From Coraliomargarita sp. (GTDB taxonomy: Bacteria; Verrucomicrobiota; Verrucomicrobiia; Opitutales; Coraliomargaritaceae), in assembly GCA_965216325.1 (NCBI GenBank), contig OZ244160.1:2848001-2912000 (forward strand): a stretch of DNA of 64,000 bases, written 5' to 3'. The notes beneath the pieces were generated by a model. That model was not told the origin of the DNA. It did not search any database and saw only the letters and a program-made list of their open reading frames with translations. A program made the translations under genes and the position numbers. Shown in pieces: positions 1 through 8,838 of the stretch (its first letter is position 1; the number at the start of each line of letters is the position of its first letter).

Positions 1-230
1 CTCAAAGGGCTACTGGCGTCTGGCTCAAGCGCTGGGCACACAAACGGCAATGAGCAATCAATGGCTAGAGGAACAAGGCCTGATCAACATCAGGCAACAA
101 TGGTGGAGTTTAAAGCTCCTGCGTATAACCGCCTTAAAACAGACTGCGTAACACTGTGATCAGTCTGGCTGCGGACCCGCACGGCAGGTGGTGTGAGAGC
201 CGGGGGACTTAGGGCCCTCGGCTACTCGAT
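1..230 (+). mobile_element. Group IIC-attC intron B, copy 1, 3' part (RT C-terminus, DV, DVI); continues beyond the left window edge
   Basis: Encodes maturase-X tail SKGYWRLAQALGTQTAMSNQWLEEQGL. DV ACCGCCT...AGGTGGT (128-192); DVI with bulged A ending CTACTCGAT. Identical to 4696-4925 except position 213. Abuts R'' GTCGAA of cassette 4. Confidence 0.9.
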
Positions 231-236
231 TTCGAC

Positions 237-914
237 CTATTTTAGTTTTATCGTCGGGGTGCCCTCTAGGTCGAAAATGACTAGATAAATTTCTTTTCGA
301 TGGTCTCCTTCTACTATCTCAAGCTTTTCAAGTAGAGCTTCATCGGAAAATGTTAATCTGAAAGCGTGGCTGCTTGGCATTGTGACTATGACAACATTCT
401 CATTTTCATTTTCTATGTCTCCGCCTAAGGAGGTAAGTTTCTCAGTGAGGTATTCTCTTTTTCTTCCCAACTGAATGTAGTCATTGCCGATGGGTGACCT
501 ATTCGCTTGGACTGCTAGTTTAAAGCCATCCTGCTTCATCAGAAGAAGTTCAGCCCCACTTCTTCTACCGTTTTCTTTTATTACATAGTATCGAACGTAG
601 TAGACATCTTTGTGAGCAAGAGATTTTTCAGATGGCAGTATGTGAATCTCTGACAGATCAGATGCTTTCAAAACGGTTCTCCACGCTGACTCAGGTTTCT
701 TATTCGATGGCCATTCAATCCAAGTTCTACTGAAGTATGGTTCTAGCTTTTCATACTCTTTATTGTAAGCGGCAGTCAGAATTTTTATCGCGACATGATC
801 GGGTGATCCTGGCTCAACATCATATTCTGTAATGCTCACTGGTGTCGGGCGAGCGGATACGCTGTTTATGCATGCTAAGAGAATGCTGAATGATACAATG
901 ATTTTCTTTTTCAT
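237..914 (-). CDS. Integron cassette 4 gene, hypothetical exported protein (225 aa)
   Basis: ATG follows R' GTTCGAC after a 6-nt leader. N-terminal signal peptide MKKKIIVSFSILLACINSVSA. AT-rich. Stop lies immediately before R''. Confidence 0.8.
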   Translation of the reverse strand: MKKKIIVSFSILLACINSVSARPTPVSITEYDVEPGSPDHVAIKILTAAYNKEYEKLEPYFSRTWIEWPSNKKPESAWRTVLKASDLSEIHILPSEKSLAHKDVYYVRYYVIKENGRRSGAELLLMKQDGFKLAVQANRSPIGNDYIQLGRKREYLTEKLTSLGGDIENENENVVIVTMPSSHAFRLTFSDEALLEKLEIVEGDHRKEIYLVIFDLEGTPTIKLK

Positions 915-920
915 TTTTTC

Positions 921-977
921 GTCGAACGTGGAGGACGGGCGCGGCTTCAGCCGTTGTCCCGCTCCGACTTGATCTGC
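921..977 (-). other. attC: attC site (57 bp, intact) of cassette 3
   Basis: Top strand reads GCAGATC-aagtc-GGA(G)CGGG...CCCGTCC-tccac-GTTCGAC. This is R''/5-nt spacer/L'' with an extra base at position 4, then L'/5-nt spacer/R'. Confidence 0.85.
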
Positions 978-1549
978 TTTGTTTTTTCTATGGATTCGTG
1001 AATATATGCAGGCGCACTGTCTGGCACATCTGAAGCACGAACAAGACGATACCGAATCCAATTTGAACTCTCTGCTTCTCGTTGGGCCTCCTCGTCCACA
1101 AAGGACTGAAAATGAATTCCGGAAGCAGTTAATCCGATAGTGGTTTCGGCGAAACGTAGGATGTAATCTTTAGGGCTAACCTTCCCTGTCGGCCAACCAC
1201 TGCTTTTACTATATAGTTCACTTTGAAGTGGTATTGTTATCGTCGATTTATGGTCTACATCATCAACGAGAATCTTTATTTCATTTGCATCACTGTTTGC
1301 TAAAAATTTGACGCTGCCGCTAGGGGCGGGTGCTTGGAAAGCACTGAACCAATCGCTTCGCCCATCGGACTTCTCTTTCACGAAAAAGTAAAGCTCTTGG
1401 GTCTGGTATGATTCAATCGGCAAATCCATCTCGGCGGGAACGAAGTGAAGTGCACGTGCAAGATCAGATGCCGAAACGATTTCTTTTTCTTTGTTACAGC
1501 CGATTGATAGCAAAACGGCCAAGCCTAATATCACGTTGGTTACTTTCAT
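947..1549 (-). CDS. Integron cassette 3 gene, putative lipoprotein (200 aa)
   Basis: Lipobox LSIGC after a hydrophobic stretch. Starts 7 nt after R' GATCTGC. ORF runs into its attC and stops in the attC loop. Confidence 0.8.
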   Translation of the reverse strand: MKVTNVILGLAVLLSIGCNKEKEIVSASDLARALHFVPAEMDLPIESYQTQELYFFVKEKSDGRSDWFSAFQAPAPSGSVKFLANSDANEIKILVDDVDHKSTITIPLQSELYSKSSGWPTGKVSPKDYILRFAETTIGLTASGIHFQSFVDEEAQREAESSNWIRYRLVRASDVPDSAPAYIHESIEKTKQIKSERDNG

Positions 1550-1556
1550 TTTATTC

Positions 1557-1616
1557 GCAGATCGTAAAGAGGGGTAACTAGTGGGCGCAGCACACTAGTT
1601 GACCCTCTCGCCTGGT
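1557..1616 (-). other. attC: attC of cassette 2, split by intron A (remaining 5 nt of R'' at 3523-3527)
   Basis: Removing the intron gives TGCGAAC-caggc-GAG(A)GGGT(C)AACTAGTG...CACTAGTTACCCCTC-tttac-GATCTGC (65 bp) with two extrahelical bases. Confidence 0.85.
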
Positions 1617-3522
1617 GTGTGCCGAGCATGCGCTCGATGTAAAAGTGGTTAAAGTCCGCTATAGTAAGAACCTAATCATAAAATGAAAGAACTATTACCA
1701 GATGCCAAGGGCGTTGTCGTGAGGCAGGGTCTGAAGGAAGGCTATGGGAAAGCTGCGAGCTGATGAACAAAAACTGCATAGAAGGCCGACGTGGTCTGGT
1801 GAGCTGGCACCACACAGCGAAACCGCTAGGTTCAGCCACGCAGGTAAATGCAGCAGTTGTGCAGCGGAGCATCGAGTGCTTACCTCGGGAGGCCTCAGCG
1901 AGTGGCATGGGTTGGCTTAAAGGTGTCAATCAAGCCCATGCACCTGAGTCAGTAATGACACAGGCGGCACTGGTTGAGGATTCAGCAGCGAGCATAGTAG
2001 TCATGGAACCGCGAGCCATGAGTAGGTCGATAGGCCGAAGAGCATGGAGGTCTCGAACGTGATGAAGGCTCAAACCGTATATGGGCAGTCCGACCCGCAG
2101 GCAGGTTCACCTCTCACTGGCACAGACCCGTGTCGAGAGCTGGGCGATGTTTGTGCAGGGAAGCATGGGGCTGCCGAGCAAGAACTACTGGAGTTGATGC
2201 TGGACCGCGCTAATCTGAACGCAGCTTGGCGGCGTGTGCGCAGCAACGGTGGAGCTTCTGGCATCGACGGTATGTCGATCGAGGACTTTCTGCCGTTTGC
2301 GCGCGAGCACTGGTCACGGATCGAGACTCAACTGAAAGAGGGAACCTACCAGCCAGCCGCGGTGCGCCGCGTCTGGATACCGAAGGACAATGGGGAGAAG
2401 CGCCCACTGGGCATCCCCACGGTGTTGGATCGTGTGATCCAGCAAGCCATCGCTCAGGTAATTGCGCCGATCTTTGAGGCACAGTTCAGTGAGCACAGCT
2501 TCGGCTTTCGTCCAGAACGCCGAGCCCATGACGCAGTCAAGTCGATCCAAAGCGCAGCCACTGAAGGTCACGTGTACGCGGTCGATTGTGACCTGAAGTC
2601 ATTCTTCGACACGGTCGATCATCGTGAATTGATGCAGCGTCTAGCGCGCCGGATCAAAGACGGGCGCGTGCTGCGCCTGATCTACCGCTACCTGAAAGCA
2701 GGCATCCGCTTGCCCGATGGCAACACCGAGGCAACCGCCGAGGGGGTGCCACAGGGGGGACCGCTCAGTCCGCTACTGGCCAATATCATGCTCGATGACC
2801 TCGACCATGAACTCGAACAACGCGGGCACCGTTTCGCACGCTACGCCGACGATTTTGTTATCGTCGTCCAAAGCAAGCGAGCGGCTGAGCGCGTGATGCA
2901 CAGCATCAGTGGCTTCATCGAAGCGAAGCTCAAACTGATCGTGAATCGCGAGAAAACGAAGGCGGGTCGGCTGACACAGTGCAGCTTCCTCGGATTCGTG
3001 ATCTCGCCCAAGCGTATCCGCTGCTTGGATACCAAACTGCACACGTTCAAGAAGACCATCCGTCAAATCACCTGTCGCAGTTGGGGCATCTCCATGGAGG
3101 AACGCCTCGAACGTCTACGACTGTATGTGAATGGCTGGCTGGGTTACTTCGCTATCGGTGTGCCGTTCAAGGATATCCGCAGCATGGATCAATGGCTACG
3201 AAGGCGTGTGCGCTTGTGCTACTGGAAACAGTGGCGTTTACCGCGCACGCGCTACCGCAAGCTACGCGCGCTTGGGATCAACCCGAAGACGATTAAGCAG
3301 GCTAGTCGTTGTCGAAAAGGCTACTGGCGCTGCAGCAAACTGCGAGTGGTCAGTATCGCGATGAACAACCAATGGCTCGCCGAACAAGGCTGCCCCTCAA
3401 TCAAAGAACAGTGGCTCAAACTCTGCTATCCAAACGGATAGCTCTAACGGAACCGCCGTGCTACGGAGCCGTATGGCCGGTGGTGTGGGGGCGGGAGTCA
3501 GTGATGGCTCCCGCTACCCGAT
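1617..3522 (+). mobile_element. Complete group IIC-attC intron A
   Basis: 5' end GTGTGCCGAGCATG and 3' end CTACCCGAT. IIC-type DV at 3452-3484 with CGC triad. Candidate EBS1 ACCA (1809-1812, in a GCTG/CAGC stem loop) is complementary to 5' exon TGGT. Inserted at GT|T of the attC bottom strand, just after the hairpin. Confidence 0.93.
2044..3441 (+). CDS. ltrA: Group II intron reverse transcriptase/maturase, no endonuclease domain (start uncertain)
   Basis: Motifs RPLGIPTVLDRVIQQA, DCDLKSFFD, GVPQGGPLSPLLANI, RYADDF and X-domain GWLGYF. Confidence 0.95.
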   Translation: MEVSNVMKAQTVYGQSDPQAGSPLTGTDPCRELGDVCAGKHGAAEQELLELMLDRANLNAAWRRVRSNGGASGIDGMSIEDFLPFAREHWSRIETQLKEGTYQPAAVRRVWIPKDNGEKRPLGIPTVLDRVIQQAIAQVIAPIFEAQFSEHSFGFRPERRAHDAVKSIQSAATEGHVYAVDCDLKSFFDTVDHRELMQRLARRIKDGRVLRLIYRYLKAGIRLPDGNTEATAEGVPQGGPLSPLLANIMLDDLDHELEQRGHRFARYADDFVIVVQSKRAAERVMHSISGFIEAKLKLIVNREKTKAGRLTQCSFLGFVISPKRIRCLDTKLHTFKKTIRQITCRSWGISMEERLERLRLYVNGWLGYFAIGVPFKDIRSMDQWLRRRVRLCYWKQWRLPRTRYRKLRALGINPKTIKQASRCRKGYWRCSKLRVVSIAMNNQWLAEQGCPSIKEQWLKLCYPNG

Positions 3523-3592
3523 TCGCATTTTGGGCTCCGCCAACAGATCAACTTCAGACTACTACAATTTGATTCAATTTAGCGTGTGAAAA

Positions 3593-4454
3593 TTAGAAGA
3601 AATCATCGACGGCCTGGTCTTCTTTAGCCTCTTCCTGAGCTTTTCTCTGTTCCATTTTATTAATTAAGTCTTCCTCGGCTCCTTTAAAGAGTGGGGTCGA
3701 ATGAGTCAGCAGGTATATTTCCTCGATGTTACGGGAATTCACTTTTTCCCATAGGGCATCGATCATAGCTCGGACTTCGGGCATAGTGTTGTAAGCTGAT
3801 CTGTCTACATTCATATTTCGCATCATCTTATCTTTGGTGAGGCCCTCTTTTGCACTCTCTGATAAATTACCGTAAATTTTAGAATAGATAACTCGACCGT
3901 AATTGGTGCTATTCGAATGTGTTACACGAGTTTGAAAACCATCTATTCTTTCCTCCTTGCTCTCATCGAGCTTACCAAACCTCTTGCGAATCGCTGCGTC
4001 CATTTTAGGTTCAAGATCGATATCAACTTTTTTAATTACCCCGAAAAACCGATTATTTATGGATAGAACTGTTGAACCGTCATGTTGGATCGCAGTGATA
4101 TAATTTCTGATCTCACTTAATTGAGGAAATGCTTTCAAGATGTCTGCGTCTAATTTATTGAGTGATACGTTAGGCAACTGATAGGAATCTAGCTGGGTTT
4201 TCTGATATATCTTGAGGAAATCTTCGATCGGAATTCCCCAGGGAATATCTTTATACCCTTTGTAAACGGACGAATCTGCAGTGACATGATTTTTGACTAG
4301 TTCATCAATTGCGGCTTTGGACTTTTGCTCTTGTCGCTCAATCTCAGCCTTACGCTCCTCTTCGGCAATGCGTCGCTCTTCCGCTTTGCGGGCTTCCTCA
4401 GCCTTACGCTCCTCTTCGGCAATGCGTCGCTCTTCCGCTTTGCGGGCTTCCTCA
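3593..4454 (-). pseudogene. Integron cassette 2 gene, 5'-truncated (charged coiled-coil repeat plus unknown domain)
   Basis: AT-rich ORF. Its apparent N-terminus (4455-4507) is antisense intron-B sequence. Native start and R' (expected GTTCGCA) are missing. Confidence 0.7.
4347..4454. repeat. Two perfect 54-bp tandem units encoding EEARKAEERRIAEEERKA
   Basis: 4347-4400 is identical to 4401-4454. Confidence 0.95.
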
Positions 4455-4925
4455 CCCGTCGCAACTGGAGTGTGAGTATGGAGTATCGTCTGTATCAGAT
4501 CCGCCAATACGTGCGGGGCTGGATGGGCTACTTCGGACTCAGTGAAAACTCCAGTTTATGGATCTGGATTGACCGCTGGCTTCGCAGGCGAGTTCGCATG
4601 TGCTACTGGCGCATGTGGAAACGCCCGCGACGTCGCTATCTCAATCTGGTGAAAATTGGCTCCAATAGTAAGTTTGCTGGTGGCTTTGCTAAAAGCTCAA
4701 AGGGCTACTGGCGTCTGGCTCAAGCGCTGGGCACACAAACGGCAATGAGCAATCAATGGCTAGAGGAACAAGGCCTGATCAACATCAGGCAACAATGGTG
4801 GAGTTTAAAGCTCCTGCGTATAACCGCCTTAAAACAGACTGCGTAACACTGTGATCAGTCTGGCTGCGGACCCGCACGGCAGGTGGTGTGAGAGCCGGGG
4901 GACTTAGTGCCCTCGGCTACTCGAT
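4455..4925 (+). mobile_element. Group IIC-attC intron B, copy 2, 5'-deleted
   Basis: Translates TRRNWSVSMEYRLYQIRQYVRGWMGYF...WLRRRVRMCYWRMWK, homologous to the intron A X domain. DV/DVI as in copy 1. Abuts R'' GCAGAA of cassette 1. Confidence 0.9.
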
Positions 4926-5293
4926 TTCTGCCTCCAGGCGGTTAGTGTGTCGATTTGCTCTAACGTGTGTTTGTTGGTATCCCAAACTGGAGTGAAAAGT
5001 GAGATTCTATTTGGAATAAGTGGCACGACATAAATATGGATAGATGAATTCTCATCTTCTTTATATCTAATGTCGATATAGTTGAAAGTCTTTGGCTTCG
5101 CCGTCCTAGGAAAGGTTCCGAGTTCGATAGATTCTATTTTTTCTTTTTCTATCCTAAGGTTTAGCCTTCCTGATGTGCATTCGATCGAATCTGGGTTGAT
5201 TCTGAACTTTCCTTTACTTTCATAAACCCAGAACCATCTGCCAACGAAAGATGCGTTATGTTCAGGTGTGGAGAAGAATGCTTTAAATTCCAT
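4904..5293 (-). CDS. Integron cassette 1 gene, hypothetical (possibly PH-like fold); C-terminus reads into the intron
   Basis: ATG 7 nt after attI core GTTCTGC. No stop before R''; terminates at TAA inside intron DVI. Confidence 0.7.
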   Translation of the reverse strand: MEFKAFFSTPEHNASFVGRWFWVYESKGKFRINPDSIECTSGRLNLRIEKEKIESIELGTFPRTAKPKTFNYIDIRYKEDENSSIHIYVVPLIPNRISLFTPVWDTNKHTLEQIDTLTAWRQKSSSRGH

Positions 5294-5300
5294 TTCTTTC

Positions 5301-5340
5301 GCAGAACAGTGTTATGTAACGGACTCAGTCCGTGATTAGC
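5301..5340 (-). other. attI: attI recombination site (core G|TTCTGC at 5307-5301)
   Basis: GTTCTGC precedes the first cassette and is complementary to that cassette's R'' GCAGAA(C). No attC-type hairpin upstream. Lies 5' of the divergent intI. Confidence 0.75.
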
Positions 5341-5702
5341 TGGTTTAGGGATTTGTAAAAAACTTACGTTTTTTGATTTAAGTGATCTTGTTAGGGGGCT
5401 TTACACCAGTAGTAGAGGTGGATTGGAATCGAGTGATGGTTTTGAGGTAAGTCAAAATGTGAAATGGCGGCAAGGTTTGTTTCCTCAAAATCATGCATTC
5501 GTGGGCTTTTTTTGGGCAAATGTATGATTTGCTTGTTTTGTGATGTGGTGGTTTGTGTGGTCGGCCTGTTGTAGGGTGTTGATTGCTAGATGTTTGTGTG
5601 TGTTGCGGGGCGGTTTTGAGTGGTTTGGGTCTCCTCAAAAACATGCATTCAAATGTGAGTCTGCGAGTTGAATAATGAACTGATGTTTACATGTTGGGGT
5701 GT

Positions 5703-7016
5703 ATGAAAACAGTTCATTTTCCACGTTGGGCGGAGGTCTTGCGCGAATCCTCTTTAGGGGAGGAGTTGCGTTCGAGTTATAAGGTCACGATTCGCTGGTA
5801 TTTGAGTTGGTGTGCCAAGCAGCATATCGGCTGTTCGGTTGAGTCGGCGCGTGCCTTTGTTGATTGGGCAATCAATGAGAAGCAACCTAAAGATTGGGTC
5901 ATTAGCCGTTGGCAGGCTGCGATTCGCTGGTTCTTCGTGACAGCAAAGGAGCAGGCGGCACCAGGGGGCGGAGTGAGTCAGGAGCAGAGTGGGGACGCTC
6001 CTGCGCTAACTGCACTGGAGCGGCGAGATTTGGAGGCGGAAGAGCGGGTTGAGGCGGCGAACGACGATGAAGGGCGGATTTTAGCGGTGATGCGACGACG
6101 CGGGATGGCTCTGCGAACTGAGCGGGCCTATTTGGGGCACTATCGTAGTTTTGTGCGCCAGTCGGGTTTGGTGGATGGCTGTTTGATGTCGGCTTCGATG
6201 GTTAAGCGCTACTTGGATTATTTGGCGATGGAGCGTGCAGTGGCGTCCTCGACGCAGAAGGGGGCGCTCAATGCCTTGGTGTTCATCGCACAGGCTGTTT
6301 TCGGCATTGAACTGGGGGATATTGGTGACTTTGTGCGCGCGAAGAATCGGAGGCGTATTCCGGTGGTGATGACTAAGGAGGAGTTGCGTTTGTTCTTTCA
6401 GCAATTGAGCGGTGAGAAGCTATTGATGGCCCGGGTGCAATATGCGGCCGGCTTGCGTGTCTCCGATCTATGCCGTTTGCGTGTGCAGGATTTGGATCTG
6501 CAGCGTAATCAGTTGGTTGTGCGCTGTGGTAAGGGGCACAAGGATCGAGTGGCACCCTTACCTGAGTTGTTGAAGTCCGAATTGGAGGCGCAGTTGTCTG
6601 TTGTGCGGAGCCTATTCGATGAAGATTTACAGCGTAGTGATCTTGCGGGGGTTTATCTGCCTGAGGCCTTGGCGCGGCGACACAAGAATGCGGGGCGAGA
6701 TTGGCGTTGGCAATGGGTGTGGCCGAGTCGTAAGATCTCCACGGATCCACGCGGTGGGAAACGTCGTCGGCATCACGTGTTGCCGAATACTTATCAGCGC
6801 ATTGTTCAAGATGCAGGAAAGGACGCTGGGCTGACCAAGCGAATTACGAGTCACACCTTACGGCACAGTTTTGCCACGCACTTACTGGAGGATGGCGTGG
6901 ACATCCGGACGGTGCAGGACTTGCTCGGACACAAGCATATCGAGACGACCCAGATTTACCTGCACGTCATGCAGAAGCCGGGGGCGGGGGTGCGCAGCCC
7001 GCTGGAAACGCTTTGA
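5703..7016 (+). CDS. intI: Integron integrase with N-terminal extension (alternative start 5691)
   Basis: Tyrosine recombinase motifs [17 protein letters not shown] and LLGH...TQIY. IntI-specific insert [11 protein letters not shown]...WQWVWPS...DPR...RRHH. Confidence 0.95.
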   Translation: MKTVHFPRWAEVLRESSLGEELRSSYKVTIRWYLSWCAKQHIGCSVESARAFVDWAINEKQPKDWVISRWQAAIRWFFVTAKEQAAPGGGVSQEQSGDAPALTALERRDLEAEERVEAANDDEGRILAVMRRRGMALRTERAYLGHYRSFVRQSGLVDGCLMSASMVKRYLDYLAMERAVASSTQKGALNALVFIAQAVFGIELGDIGDFVRAKNRRRIPVVMTKEELRLFFQQLSGEKLLMARVQYAAGLRVSDLCRLRVQDLDLQRNQLVVRCGKGHKDRVAPLPELLKSELEAQLSVVRSLFDEDLQRSDLAGVYLPEALARRHKNAGRDWRWQWVWPSRKISTDPRGGKRRRHHVLPNTYQRIVQDAGKDAGLTKRITSHTLRHSFATHLLEDGVDIRTVQDLLGHKHIETTQIYLHVMQKPGAGVRSPLETL

Positions 7017-7100
7017 GTTGGTCCGTGGCATGGGAGATGCCCGAGTTGCGTTGGCACTGCGGCTCGTTGCGGAAAACGAGCCCTACCTTTGTTTTATAGC

Positions 7101-8735
<1,635 letters not shown>

Positions 8736-8838
8736 ATCTTGTTCAGAGGCCAGATGTCGGAGGACAGAGGCCAGATTTTGAATTGGAATAAAACGTTACT
8801 GAGGTCTGGTCTCTGACCTCTGTTCTCTGGCTTCTGAT

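Noticed and set aside
915..1061. N-terminal 49 aa of ORF 237..1061
   Set aside because: It crosses the attC and overlaps the upstream cassette gene; the signal peptide starts at 914.
2044..3441. RT as a retron, DGR or defence RT
   Set aside because: It has group II intron boundaries, DV/DVI and an X domain. The 1-230/4696-4925 repeat differs by one G/T change, not adenine-specific TR/VR variation.
4325..4846. 173-aa plus-strand ORF as a real gene
   Set aside because: It is a chimera of the antisense tandem repeat and the truncated RT tail.
5378..5644. 88-aa ORF in the attI-intI spacer
   Set aside because: Low-complexity product of a strand-biased non-coding region; no motif.
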